Shown in pieces: positions 38,030-52,200 of a DNA stretch of 64,000 nt. The notes below the pieces were generated by a model that was not told the origin of the DNA, searched no databases, and saw only the letters and a list, made by a program, of their open reading frames with translations. Origin of the DNA: Paraspadella gotoi (Eukaryota > Animalia > Chaetognatha). The stretch spans positions 289,736 to 353,735 of the forward strand of contig JBJCIZ010000282.1 in the NCBI GenBank assembly GCA_051294375.1, read 5' to 3'. Every line of letters starts with the position of its first letter. Within the stretch, counting starts at the first letter, position 1. Made by a program: the position numbers and the translations under genes.

Positions 38030-39602
38030 TTCACGAAGGAGAGTTGGAGGTAACGGATTAAAATATTGTCATTGAGGGGAAAGGGTTCATCCCCTAAGTC
38101 ACGTGTTCGGTCATGGCAAGGAGGAGCGCCATGTTGTCATTATACCTTCACAAAGAGAGTTGGAGGTAACGGAATTCGACGTCTCGACTTTCATCCCTAA
38201 AGTCACGTGTTTGTTCACGGCCGAGAGGATCGCCGTCTCAAGTCTTGCTTCTTCAGCTCAAGGAAAGGCAGCTGGAGGGGGAGGAGAACCGACTCAGCCC
38301 AGGAAGGTGCGTCGGAGGAAGAATAAATTGTTGTGGAACGGAACGCACAACAAAGGTCAGTTGAAATTGGGGAAAAAGGTTCATCCCCAAAAGTCACGGT
38401 CAAGAGAAGTGCCGTGTCAAGTCTTCAGCTCAAGGAAAAGCTGGAGGGAGAGGATTGACTCAGCCTAAGAAGGTGAGTCGGAGTTGAAATCGTCGTGGAA
38501 CGGAACGCACGACAAAATTCGGCCCAGCCCAAACAGGGGGACCGTCAGCAAACAAAACAAAACATAAAATAATTAAAGAAAATAAAATGAAAGAGTAAGC
38601 AGTCTCACTGTTCAAAGAAAAATGACAGCGACGAAAGAGAAATTCCAAGAAAAAGTCTTAGTTGAATTCATTAAAATTGAGTGATACAAAGTTTGAGCGC
38701 GCACTGTAAATCTGAAGAAAAAAGGGTCAAAAAACACGTTTTATCGAAAAACAAGACACAGGCAAGTTTATGTTTATTGCCGTTTCATACTTTTTATGGT
38801 TGTTATGATTCACACTTGACAATTGCCTTTATTGCATTGGTGATAATTATTATGATGGTTATAATGGTTTATTATTGTTTGATGTCATGATGTATGTTAT
38901 GATTATATCCGAGAAGTGGATACATTATAAAAATTCTTACTATTTCAACCCGTGAAACACCTTCGCCCCCGAGCGAAACGGGGGGAGGGAAAAGTGGTTA
39001 GTTTCGACGGCGGCGAAGGAACGGAGCCGGTTTTTTGGAAGTAGCCGGCGTCAAGATGGGAGTCGTCGGATCAATGCCGGTTTTTTGGAAGTAGCCGGCG
39101 TCGCAGCGGAGGCGGCAGTGTGAGTACGTTGCAATTGTTGAAAATACTGAAGTTTTTGGGATCAGCGCCGACCTTTGGAAGTGGTCAGCGCTGCAATGGA
39201 GGACGGCGCCGACCTTTGGAAACAGTCGGCACCGCAGTAACGGCGAGCGGGACGAGAAACTGCAGTCGTCGCAGTCAATAGCAGCAAAGCAGAGTCAAGC
39301 AGCAGCAGCGGAGCGGAACTAAGCATAGCAGCGCGGCAGACCCGGACGCAGAAGGCGCAGCATTGCAGAGTCAAAGAGGCGCAGCATTACGGGGGGAGGG
39401 GCGCCGGTAAGTGTCACCGCGATTGCCCGACGGAGAAAATTTCTGGGAAATTGGGGGGAGTGTAAAGATAGACGGGCAAACGCAGCGGCACTGACGCGGC
39501 GCCGGGCGCGGCAAACTCGTTACGTCACAACGCTAAGCAGCGCCGCGAATCGAAGAAACAGGGCATACCGAGTTTGGGAGACGAAGAGACGGAATCGGAA
39601 TT
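38030..39602 (+). mobile_element. 3' region of LTR element family G: internal direct repeats, PPT and start of 3' LTR
   Basis: Duplicated blocks (38238-38355 vs 38417-38517; gagagttggaggtaacgga x2; gccggttttttggaagtagccggcgtc x2), then ttggggggag|TGTAAAGATAG at 39461, matching the 22257-22115 reverse complement. Confidence 0.55.
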
Positions 39603-41775
39603 ACATGTTCAGTTATGCTACCTTCATCTTTTAAAACTAATGAAATGAGTTTGAAAAATATTCTCTTTATTCAAAAATAAATGCAAGTCAACAAAAGTCA
39701 CAAATTAAAAAGACGTCTTAAAAATTATTTGTGGCTAAACTAGAAAAGTTTTTTTGATATTTTAAGTGTTTAAAAGCTATATTCAATAGGCTATATTTTC
39801 TGTTGTAATTTCAACCAATTTGATTTATTTTTGTTTAACAAATTATTATAAAGTCTGGAAACTCCAACTTTTGACTTGTAACTTTAAAATTAATTTGCAT
39901 TAGGCAAACTATAAATGATTTAAGCTAATAAATTTAACCCGAGGTAAAGAAGATAAGAAAGAACGGATTTTCAAAGTAACAAATTCTTTCTTCAACTTCC
40001 TTGGCATCAAATCAGAGTCGTAAGTTAAAAATGGACAAAATGGACATGAATTTTTTGGCTCAAGTTGCCAAAATGGTACTATTTATCATTAAAAAACGGG
40101 TTGGAGATGTTTTAACCAATCCCTTCGTTCGGCTAATTTGTGTTTGTGGTACAAAGTTAATCAACCATTGTAAGTAACACATGAACAATAGTGGAAAGAG
40201 TCTTTTTTCCATTGTTTTAAAACGGTTGCAATATTAAGGACTTTTGAATATTAAAAAAGAAAATCCTTTAGTGTTTTAATGTTAAGAACATAAATATAAA
40301 AGTCTTTATGAATATGAACATGACTATTGATCATGAATATGAATATGAATTAGAAAAATCGGAAAAAATCAAGATTTTTATTAGATTAATTTACCAAAAA
40401 ACAGTATTAACAGTATTAAAAATCAAAGATTTTGATTACAAAACAATTTAATGATATTATATATATATATTAGTATATCTATTGTCTAGTACTTGTGTTT
40501 AGTATCTCAAAGTCTGGATTTCGGAATTTAGTATACATTACATTATGCCAAGCTCTCTAACGCGTGCGACCCCTAGCAAAAATGACATCAGGACTCGCGG
40601 CGAAAGAAAAACAAACAATTATGTCGCGCCGACAGTCGACCGACAGTCGGACCGCATTAGGACAACGCGACTGCCTCGAGGCGACAGACCCGACATATTT
40701 CGTTGTGAACGAAAACCAAAAATTCTTTTCTTGGTCGGTAATGAATGTTGTTTACTGTTGATTAGTGGTAAAGTGAAAGTATGAATCAAAATTTAGCATT
40801 ATATCTTGATAACTTCATAATAGTGAATAATAAAATGTTATTTTTTTCTTTTTTACAAATATGAGTAGTAGCCCAGTCACATATTTTTTGTTATAGTGCT
40901 ACACTTGTATAATGTTAAAATTTAAATTTTTTTTAAAAATTCTGAGAACCCATTTCAGATTCTTGTAAAAGTAGGATAAAAGAAAATGAAATTCTTTTTT
41001 CAAAAATTATATATTAAGTCTTATTAAGTCTTTTGCAAGGAATCCAAATTTGATCTTTAAAATTAAAAAAATTGCATTTTTTTAAATTTAGCCTATTATA
41101 TATTGTATTATCATATATAAATAATAAGATCACTGGTAGTCACTAATGTATGAATTCAAAATAAATTACCAAAGTATTTTATTGGATTTTTATTTTCATG
41201 TTCCATATGCCTAAAATTTTAATTTTATATTATTTTTTAAATTTTCACATCACTCTACCGTTGATGGTAATGGCGACTTATAAACTGAATAAATTACGTT
41301 CGACTGTTTTATGCCCTAAAATTGTGTTTGTAATTAGAGTTTGGGGCAACGAAAATCGTTAAGCTTTACTTACCATAACTCCTACTATTACTACAATAAC
41401 GATTGATGACTGACCATGAAATAGAATGGCTCAATTTTTCATTTACTTTTAATACATTTAATTTTTTTTCACTTTTTTATGACTTTTTTCCTTATTAATA
41501 GGATATTAGTATAAATATATAATTATTTAATCAGATTCCTATATAAAATTGTTTTATTATACAAGTCAGTAATATTAAGTGTTTATTTTCTCTTAATTTA
41601 AAAAAAAAATTCATATACACTTTTTCCCTATGGTACAATGCTTCTCATTTCATTTTTTAAATAAAAAATTTTTTACTCAAGCGTTAATGGTGATTTTAAA
41701 GCGATTCACCGTGAGTGTGAAGAAGGGCTTCGTTCACCGAATTCACGGATTCACGAAAAAATTAAAAATGTCGAT

Positions 41776-42174
41776 CAGAAAAAAGAAAAAAAAAAGAGAA
41801 AAAAGGAAAGAAAAGAAAACAGAAAAAGAAGAAAGATAAAAGAAAAAAGAATAAGTAAAAAAGAAAAAAAGAAAAAAAAGAAAAAAAAGGAAATAGGAAA
41901 AAAAACGGAAAAAAAGGGAGAAAAAAGAAAAGAAGAAAAAAATAAAAATAAAAAACGGGAGGAAAAAAGAAAGAAAAAAAGAAAGAAGAAAGAAAAAGGA
42001 AAAGAAAAAAAGAATAAAAAGAAAAAAAATAAAAGAGAAAAAAAAATCAAAAAAAGAAAAAAAGAAAAGATGAAAAAAGAAAAAAGAAAAAAAAGAAGAA
42101 AAAAGGACAAAAGAAAAAAAAGACAAAAAGAAAAAAGACAAAAAAAGAAGAAAGAAAAAAAAAAGAAAAAAAAT
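41776..42174 (+). repeat. ~400-bp polypurine (A-run/G) low-complexity tract
   Basis: Almost exclusively A and G. Confidence 0.95.
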
Positions 42175-42259
42175 TTCATCGAATTCCGGTTTTTTCACTC
42201 CATTTTTTTTTTTTTGTTCGGAGATAAAAAACTCGAAATTGGCGATCAAAGGCGGTAAA

Positions 42260-42292
<33 letters not shown>

Positions 42293-43098
42293 ATGAGAGA
42301 GAGAGAGGAGAGGAGAGAGATAAAATCTAGGTTGAGATTCGAATCGGAAAAGACGCGAGATCAAAAAAGCGGAAACAGTTCGAGAGTAAAATAACAAACA
42401 ACAACAACAACATCAATGAAAAACAGGCAAAACAGCAACCAGGAAAGTCCATGAAACTGACGACGACGACGACAACGACGACGACTTTAGTCAAGATGAT
42501 TTCTGGGCTTTAAATTTCGTTTAAATTAGACCTTTTCTGTTAATATCCACTTTAATTTCTATTATTTATAAATATTAACCATTGAACCCTGTCTATTCTC
42601 TTTGCTTTCTTCAAAGACAGTATGAGCTTGTAAAATCCAGCAAGCTTTTAATGAAGATTCTTGTTAATTTGGTCCCGGGCGCTGAGCCTCGCGTTCTATG
42701 CTAACGATCAATACACCGACGTAACCAAACAAACCATTTATTGAGGAACCATATGTCGTAACAAAGGTAAGAACCGTACATCTTTCGGTTCCCGGCTTCA
42801 ACCAAATCTCGATCTCGAAAAATTTTATTATTAAAGAAAGTCAAAAAATCATTTCTCTCTGCAAAATCCGCNNNNNNNNNNNNNNNNNNNNNNNNNNNNN
42901 NNNNNNNNNNNNNNNNNNNNNNNNNNNNNNNNNNNNNNNNNNNNNNNNNNNNNNNNNNNNNNNNNNNNNNNAGTAGAACCTTGTGAATTTTATAGTGTTA
43001 TTTTGGCTTAAGAATTTTTATTTTTTTTAACCCTGAGTAAATTTATAGTATCGTTTTTAGAAATATTATTTGTTTTTGAAATTTTGGTAACATGGCCG

Positions 43099-43329
43099 AG
43101 TGAAGATTGGGAGAAGGAATTTAGTAAATTACAAAAATGTAAATAATATTTCTCGGCCTAAAATTCCATTCTCATTTACATTCCTACTTTGGTAAACAAA
43201 GTAGTTCATATAAAAGTCATTGTTATTTTATTCTCGCGCGCATTTTCCCTTCGATGTTATACTGAAATAAACTCTCGTTCATTTTACTTTGGTATCGAAT
43301 TCTTTTCACTAAAAATTCCGTCCTCCACT
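43099..43329 (+). repeat. Clean LTR of family M (231 bp, AGT...ACT termini), in a fold-back arm
   Basis: AGTGAAG...CTCCACT terminal inverted repeat, TATAAAA at 43209, AATAAA at 43266. Homologous LTRs at 46224-46498, 48928-49275, 56393-56659 and 60002-60085 (all opposite strand). Confidence 0.85.
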
Positions 43330-44183
43330 ATGTGGTTTGGTTTCTTTATCAGGAAGGCATTCGAGTAAGCTTCGCCTGTCGTTCTGGAGACGACGCCTGC
43401 TTGTTCGTATACCTCCAGGTACCTCTTTAGAGCGGCTTTCTTTACCGGACCTTGGTTCATGAATCTCGGCTTGGGTAGGTTGTTTGTCGTGAAGCCCAGG
43501 TCAACCTTGTAATTTNNNNNNNNNNNNNNNNNNNNNNNNNNNNNNNNNNNNNNNNNNNNNNNNNNNNNNNNNNNNNNNNNNNNNNNNNNNNNNNNNNNNN
43601 NNNNNNNNNNNNNNNNNNNNNNNNNNNNNNNNNNNNNNNNNNNNNNNNNNNNNNNNNNNNNNNNNNNNNNNNNNNNNNNNNNNNNNNNNNNNNNNNNNNN
43701 NNNNNNNNNNNNNNNNNNNNNNNNNNNNNNNNNNNNNNNNNNNNNNNNNNNNNNNNNNNNNNNNNNNNNNNNNNNNNNNNNNNNNNNNNNNNNNNNNNNN
43801 NNNNNNNNNNNNNNNNNNNNNNNNNNNNNNNNNNNNNNNNNNNNNNNNNNNNNNNNNNNNNNNNNNNNNNNNNNNNNNNNNNNNNNNNNNNNNNNNNNNN
43901 NNNNNNNNNNNNNNNNNNNNNNNNNNNNNNNNNNNNNNNNNNNNNNNNNNNNNNNNNNNNNNNNNNNNNNNNNNNNNNNNNNNNNNATGTCTGTAGAATT
44001 CAATGGTGATAATGAATTTTTTTCATAAAAACGTTTTGTTTGTCGCCCGAAGCGATTTTTGAAGCTTGTTTGATGCAAAAAAATTAAGAGAAAACTAAAA
44101 AATTAGTGTGGGACCGAGCTCTAGTTTATAGGAAAAATAACGAGATTTCTATAAATAAATATAAATATATGTGTTTTGGAAGA

Positions 44184-44240
<57 letters not shown>

Positions 44241-44407
44241 CAAGCGAGCACGATCGATTTGACCTGATGACAGCGATCGAAAGCATGAAGAGAGATAGAA
44301 AGAATGAAAAGGAGAGAGAGAGAGAGAGCGCGCTTGACCGAGAGAGAGAGAGAGAGAGAGCGCGCTTGACCGCATGCAGTGGAGGAAGCTGAAGTTGAAG
44401 GAGAGGA

Positions 44408-44851
44408 TTGACATTTAGCTCGAGACCATTTTTCTACGATCATTGTTTTGGCGAACGCTTTCTATGAACAAAAAATGTTTTAATGCCTGGATCTGACGTT
44501 TGCGTTTCTCCTCACGGTTCGCGAGCCAGTCTCCACTCTCGCCTGAAGTACATCGCGAAAGTGTTGGAGAGATCAAGAAACTGAAAAGTGGTTTTAGAAG
44601 GCCCGGATAGTTTCTGAGAAGTTAGCCCAAATATGAGAAACTCTTTTCTTAGTGGTCGCATCCTTGATGTCAAGTGTCAACTTCATCCGAGCCTTCAACT
44701 TCAGCTTCCTCCACGCATGCGGTCAAGGCGCTTCCCTCTTTCCTCTCTCTCTCTCTCTCTCTTTTTTCCTTCTATCTCTCTTCATGCCCTTTCGGATCGC
44801 TGTTCACAGAGGTCAAATCGATCGTGCTCGCTTGCTCTCTTCTCTCTCTCT

Positions 44852-44882
<31 letters not shown>

Positions 44883-45161
44883 AGCACACACTCTTCCAAA
44901 CACATAATATTTATATATATTTAATACAAATTTTCTCGTTATTTTTCGACTATAAACTAGAAGCATCGGCACCACACTAATTTTTTTAGTTTTCTCTTAA
45001 TTTTTGTGCATCAAACAAGCTTTCAAAAAATCGCTTCGGGCGACAAACAAGAAACGTTTTCATGAAAAAATTCATTATCACCATTGAATTTACAGACATG
45101 ATTCAGTAAAATCGCGATGAATGAAATCAATATCTATTTTTGTTCTTTTGTAAATGCTCTA
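44408..45161 (-). mobile_element. 5' end (TIR plus transposase N-terminus) of hAT-like element H
   Basis: The terminal ~150 bp (45015-45161) match the H end at 62995-63149. The minus strand reads, across frameshifts, 'GPSK..S.SDLPTLRDVL' and 'IVEKWSRANVN', which overlaps atgtcaatc at 60111. Confidence 0.75.
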
Positions 45162-46223
45162 GTGGACCCCGGGTAGTGACTCGCCGCAACGACAAAGATG
45201 GCACCCAGGTTTAGCTCATTCTCATGAAATGGCCAAAATCCAGTCACCCAGCTCTTTTCATAAAATAAGCCAGATCGCCCTCAGTTGCCGCAGAACTGGC
45301 ATGGCTAGACCGTAATACGTCAGACGACAAACAGACAAACTCCCCACCCTAGTATAGCCGAGACGTGAATGCGACCACCGCGGGCGCCCCAGCCGGTCAG
45401 GAGGCGGCGCCTCCAGCACGCTACTGGACCACATTCCTTAGCCCGATTCAGAAGTGCGCCTAATGGAATCAACAGATGCTGAAACAAAACAGCCAAGTAA
45501 CCCGTGACGTGCCCGGGAACGAGGACCCTAAAAGAAGGACGTAGGCATCTCCCGGAAATGCCCTGCGCACTGTGGCGGTATCAGCCTCAGGAACTAATCA
45601 TTGCAGAAAACGCCAGCCAGCAGCAGTATGCGGGACTTTTCAAAACCGCACTAGCGCAGGGCAGGCCCTGCGTGGACGCCGTACTCACGGGAACAGAGCC
45701 CCGAACTGCGACAAAGCATGTGGAACGGAAATCCCTCCAGCACAACGTAATTATAAGAGCATGTACCCTCAAACAGAGTGAGAGTCCGAGCAGGCGCGAA
45801 CAAAGCAAAGAAGCAGAAGAAGACAAAAACATTGATGACAGACGGTCCGCGACCGGCCTTCCTTCAAAGCCCGTGTCCATAGGAAATCTAGACCCAATCC
45901 CTCAGCGAGAAAGCGGCAGGACGGTGCTAAACGTGGTCTGGAATACAGGTAGTATTCGGCGAATCGATAAACGATTGTAAAGAAGGCCTTTCCTAAATTA
46001 CAAGGTTGACCACCAGATCTCATGCGGCTTCACGACAAACAACCTACACCCAAAAGCCGAATTCATGGAACCAAGGTCCAGCGTAAAGAAAGTCCCGCTC
46101 TAAAGACCGAGCGTTACCTGGAGGATAATCGACGAACAAGCAGCGCGTCCGCGTCTCCAGAACAATGCCAGGCGAAGCTTACTCGAACATGCCCTTCCTC
46201 GAAAAGAAACCAAAACCCACCAT
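45162..46223 (+). pseudogene. Gypsy gag/protease/pre-RT fragment (family K), target of elements H and M
   Basis: The clean inverted copy (43330-43515) encodes 'KKAALKRYLEVYEQAGVVSRTTGEAYSNAFLIKKPNH', resembling the start of Gypsy RT, and is cut by the M LTR. Confidence 0.6.
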
Positions 46224-49200
46224 ATGTGGAGCGATCGCGAATTTTGTATAGTGAAAAGACATTCGAACCAAAGTAAAATGAACGAGAGTTGTATCTTCAG
46301 CTACTAACATCGAAGGGAAAATGGCGAGCCGCCGCGGAGAATAAATAACAATGACTTTATAATGAACTTAACTTTGTTTAACCAGAGAGTACGAGGAATG
46401 TTAAATGAGCAATGGCGAATATTGTTAGGCCGAGAAATATTATTTACACTTTTTTGTAATTGATACTCAATATTCCTTCATGCCCTAATCTCTCGACTCG
46501 GCCCACTTTACCAAAATTCTCAAAAACAAATAACTTCATTTTCTTTGTAAAACAACCGCGATTAACTATAACAATATTTACTCCGCAGGATTTTAAACAA
46601 CAAGATCCAACCATTCTTTCAAGCAACAAATTAACACTATAAAATTCACAAGTTCTACTTTAAATGGTATCAGTCAATGCGAAATCCGCGAATATATAAA
46701 ATGGAATTAAATTTGCAAGTCTTATATATACACCTTTCTTTCAAAATAAAATTCACTTAAACGCTAAACAATTTTCAATCTAAACAAAAAATAACATTCT
46801 GATGCTTTTCCAACTTCTCTCTTCACAGTAAGCTCCGATGCTCATTTTTTAAAATAGTGTAACATTTTCGAACTCGCGGATTCTATACAACCACCAAGAA
46901 GACCATGCAAAATAGTGTCATAGGCTATGCCGCAAAACCCCAATTCAAATGACACAAACATCATAACCCGACCCGAATTCAATTTTTATTAGAATCAAGT
47001 TTTCTAAATGCACAAATAAGACATTGAATTCGAAATGCAATAATTGTAGACAAAATATATTCAAAACCGGAAAGTAAAATGATCATCAATTTTTCTTTTT
47101 ATGAACCAAAAATCCTTGAAAAAAAACCGTTTTACCTACATTTTTACGAAATAAAGCTTACTGTCTCACTGGATTATTGATCGCTCATGATAAATAGTTG
47201 GCCACTTTCAGACATGCCAATATTATTTTTGAATTCAGCTTGTATCACAATTAATAAATTTAACTTTTAGCCGGTCTACACATAAGCGCGATCCCCCTCT
47301 CCACAACGTCCACGCAATCTTACAGCATTTTCAAGCCGACCTTTTGTCCGCCCGTTGAAGAATCTCGCACGGTGTCAGGGCTGTATCGTGCTTTCTCTTC
47401 AAACCTGCCTGAATCTTCAAAAGATTTGATTAATTACGACCATACATGTAATCAAAATTGAATTTGTATTATGATTAATATCACACTATAATTGAATTGT
47501 ACTAGTTTTGACCATTTTCCTCTACAAACGTTGAGAAGGTTCTACTTAGTGTAGAGCACAATAATGATTAGAGCATAATTATATACTTAATCAATTATAC
47601 AGCTGAATTATACAAGTGGATCACCCCATTTGCTCTTTTATGATTCCGTTACTGACAGACTCATCACAAACCCAACACAAACCCAGCGGTCGGTGCTTCT
47701 ACTCACCGAGGAAAAGAGTAAACAAAAGACACGTGCAATTCCATCAACTTATAAATATACCATTTCGCCAATTTAATCTATTTGCCAATGCTGTATTCTG
47801 CCAACATTTTAATACCAATTTGTTTTTGCCAACACTTTTTTAATTTAAACAATTGTCATTCCTTAATATAAGTTTCAAAAGAACAAACCATGAAAAAATT
47901 TTATCAATTGCTAACCTGAAAATATACATTAAAGTTTCTAGTCAGAATAATAAAACAAATTAATTCAGCTGCCACATTTAGCTAAATTGCTTTATGATGT
48001 CTCAACAAAAAGAAGGATAATTTTGCATCCACGGCCTTCTGGCATCTTGCTTGAAGCAGAGTGGCGAAGCCAGCCAAAACGGTGTAAGAGGCGTTCCGCA
48101 GGGCGGGCGCATGGCACGGCGGTCTAATGCTTCTCACTCTTGGTCAACCAATTTTGATGAGACTCTTCTCGGGCATAGACTGAACAATGATGCATGACTC
48201 GTCCAGGGAATACTCTGAGAATTCCCTCCGAAAGCAGCATTGTTCAGCATGGCATGCGACGAGCGTAACCGACTCCCACTCTGTAGCCTATCCGTGTCAT
48301 TAGACAATCCACTAGCTTCTTTGCTCATGGAGAACGAGGCTCCACAGCACAAAATAAATGTACGGAAATGCCGCCATCACTTGTAGGAGAGGGTCCTGCA
48401 AAGTTCAATTGCCAAACGGAGTTTTCCTGGCTCCATAGGTGTCTGTATCTCCTCCTTCATCTCTGCGAACCTTTTGGTGATTGTTTCTGAAGGACAGAGT
48501 TGCCACAATTTTCTGATTGTATGTAGAAATCTTCCTCTCTCTTCCATTGAATGTGGAGTAACTTTTCCCAAAAAGTTTTTAAGGTTTCGATTCACCTCAC
48601 AGCCATGAGTTGCTGCAGGATCACGATGCCCCCAACAAGCAGACATGATCAAAACCTTGGATTGCATCCGCCAGAAATTTTTGTTTCTATGCGAGTCTTA
48701 ACTCAAAAGACGCGATGAAATTTTCCATCTCAGACCCACAACAAGGCAAGACACTTATTCCGTCCATCACGGGGCGGTCCACACACATGCCGCAGTAGCA
48801 CTCCCTGCAGATTACTGATGAATGAAGAGACGTGTGGCTGACGAACAGGAATGCCAAAGTCCCATTAGATAAACAAAGCAAAGCTTCATGCCTTAATCTG
48901 CGGTAATCTTCCTCTTTTCCTTCAAATAGTGCGAGGACGGAATTTCTTACGCTGAAAAGAATTCGATTTACCAATAGTAAAATGGAACCGAGAGTTTATT
49001 TCAGTCCTCGACTATCAGTCCGCTGTCAGAACGCATTGTCCGATATAACAGTCGAAGGCGAAAAATGCCGCTAATAATAATGAGCGCTGAGAATAAAATA
49101 ACAATGACACTTTTATCGGTATGACGACTACTGTTGGTTTATGCAATCACGCGTAGGAATGTCAAGCATGTAGCAATTGGAATTTGCGTAGGCCGGAGAG

Positions 49201-52200
49201 AAATAATTATCATCGTTACATCTCTCTTGTCTATATTCATGGAACACCGAATTCTTCTCTTCTCAATCCTTCACTCGGGCCATGCTACTAAAATTTTCAA
49301 ACTCTGAATACCAACAAACTAATATTTCTATAAAAATTGGATCACTATAAAAATTACTCAGCGCTTAAAAAAACACTATAAATTATTAGCCACAGAATAT
49401 AGACAACCATGATATCAAGCTTTCTTAACTAATGCCAGATGGGTTAAGAACTATTAATGTAACGGTCACATGAAAATCGTCGCGAGCAATATATAAACTG
49501 CGGGAATTAATGTCGAAGTTAACAGTCCACACGCATTCTTACCGCAAGTAAAAAAATAACTTCCCAAAGCTTAGTCATCTTTCAAAAAATAATTTCCTAT
49601 GAACTATACAATCTCAGTCTCTATACTAATCAAGAAACAAATATGTTTTCAAACTTCTTACTTTTCCTCCCGGAACGGTAAAGTTCTGGCATTGCTCCTC
49701 ATTTCTTTAAAATTTCTGCGGTCGTATATCAACTTTTTTGTTAGAAACAAAACAGATATATCGAAAAATGCCATCAGCGTTTATGCAGACCGAACAACTA
49801 GCGATATTGAATTTTCACAAAACAAATTTCAAATTATAACAATCGCGCCGCGCTAACCTGATACGCGCCAACTTCAACTTTAATTTAGAAAGTAAATTTT
49901 TCTCACAAAGCGCACAACATAAGTTGGACATTCGGAAATGCCAACTAATTTTTACAACAGAGCTTCAAAACGGCGAAATGAATTGAAGTGAAAGATCATT
50001 CCAATTTTTTCTCCGGTCACTGCCCCGAAAAAAAACGAAAAAAACTAGCTGTTTTATGTCCCATTCTATCGCCACGGCATAAAAAATTCATCTCGGTCAT
50101 CCATTGATTTCTATTGATTGTTTTAATTTTTAAGAAGCGATTCGGGTCTAAACATGCCAATATTTAATTTGCTCAATTCAGCTTTATCACAATTACATTA
50201 CCTCACTATCATTCATGCCTTTACAAAAAAGCATAGTCCTCCGCGATTTCCCCTTTTCACATCCTTCTCAGTGCCAATCTTACAACCATCCTTCATTAAA
50301 AGAGCGTTGTCGCGCATTTAAAGAACTCTCGCGAGCGGTTTAGGAAAGAAATCGTATCGTGTCCGTACTCGGATCCGGACGACGCACTGGTGTGTTTTCT
50401 CTGGTCAACCAGTGAATTCAAGAACCAGCGAATCTCAAAATTTTTGCATCCTCAGATACGACATACATGAATCAAACTTAACGTTTATTAATGCGCATTA
50501 CATATCCACATCTATAATTATATGCATAGTTTTCTGACCCAAGTTTTCTCTATTACTACGCTATACAAGAGAGGATCCTGACGCGAATTCTGACATAATG
50601 AGAAGGGTCTACTATGTGCATACAGTTACAATAATGAACAGCTTTTGCGCTATACAATCATATATGAAATTTCGAATTAAAACAGTGAAATTTACAAGCT
50701 GGCTCACCCATTCTCCTAATTTCGCTTACTACCTGGCCCACGGGCCAAAGACCCGGTCCACAAACGCCCGTGCGTCGACGTTCTTCCCCACGTTCTTTAG
50801 AGACAAAATGTGACGCTACGACACTCCATCAATCATCAATTAATTTCGCCTAATATATTCTATCTATTTGAAAATGCACTGCTAATAATTATTGGCTCAC
50901 ATTTATCTTAATATGACAAACACGAAACAGATCACGATTGGTTAGTTTATGAAAAAAAATTCCAAAAATAAGGAATAGCCAAAACTTCGCCAATGACATC
51001 CCACACTTTACGATATATTTGTCTGCTCTGCTTCGGCGCAAGTCATAAGGATAATTGCCTATCCGGCAATAGCCCATTCCCTGCATTTGCAGAAGCAGAG
51101 CGGGCGCAGCAGGCCAAGGGTAAGAGGCGCGTCCGCCAGGGCGGCATGGCACGATGCGGCGTGTCCAGGCCGTTCTCATTTGTCAACCGCATTCTGTGGA
51201 TAGCGGCTCTCTCTGGCAACAAAGTTTGAACGAATAGCATGCATCTCCACCGTGCGAATACTGCCTTGAAATTCACCAGAGACTAAGAGAATCGGCACTT
51301 GCTACCACCATTGAATATCGTTTGCCTATTTTTGTACGGCAATCTTATTTCACCTCCAACGCATCTTGAGCCGACTTCCTTTGAATCTTTTGCCGTCGAG
51401 ATACCAAGGAGAAAATGAAGTCTTCCTTCATTCATGCATCGTAAATCTCCAACTTTTAGATGGAGATGTGATATCCTACTCGGATTTTTCGCGTTTCCGG
51501 CGTTCGGGAAGGAACCGGTGTCAACATGCATTGGCGCAAAAGTCATTCTGCAAGTGCTTCTCCTTGCTTTAAGCATTACCTGAATGTTTCTCTCACACTC
51601 TTTGACCAGGCGCTCTCACGCCGCTAGTGATGGCGAGTTCTCCGTTCGCGTTTCCAACCAGGTTTGCCGAGTCATGAACGACAAAAATGGACGTCAAGAA
51701 TGGCACTCTTTCCCAGATAGAATATCTTGCTACAAGTTGTAAATTGTAAACTACTCTAGCTTCGCCGACGAGAGAATGCAAATGCCCGAAGATGAGGTTC
51801 ACTCTCTTGCTAATTGAGCCATGTATTCTCGTAATGGAATTGAATGTGATTGCAATCTCTCTACTTTAGACTTGACATCTTGAGACATTTTTGCCAATCC
51901 ACTTGCCTATCAACTCCACCCATGTTGACTAAGGATATTGGCTGAGGGAGTGCTTTGATTACATAGAGAGCATTGTCAGCATGGATGCGACGAGCCGGCG
52001 TAAACCACTCCACTCTTGTCTTAGTCTCATTGACAATCCACTACTTCTTTTGTCTTGCGATAGATTTATAGGATATGCCACACGTTCACATATCTGGCGA
52101 GGGCAAGCACCGGCTCCAGCAGCCCACAAAACAATGTTACGGAACATGCGCACCAGCCATCATTGTGGAAGGGTCCTGCCAAAGTCAATTGCAACGGAGT

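Noticed and set aside
38030-39230. Spaced direct repeats resembling a CRISPR array
   Set aside because: Only two copies of each repeat, irregular spacing, eukaryotic LTR-element 3' region, and no cas genes.
41743-42258. Phe-rich and Lys-rich ORFs
   Set aside because: Translation of a polypurine low-complexity tract.
44262-44290. CTGATGA...GAAA as a fourth hammerhead
   Set aside because: No stem II or stem I pairing and no suitably placed NUH site.
43988-45100. Foldback element or MITE with ~430-bp TIRs
   Set aside because: The arms extend into unrelated Gypsy/LTR sequence (42972-43515 vs 46000-46660) and the loop is the transposase N-terminus, so this is a fold-back duplication, not an element.
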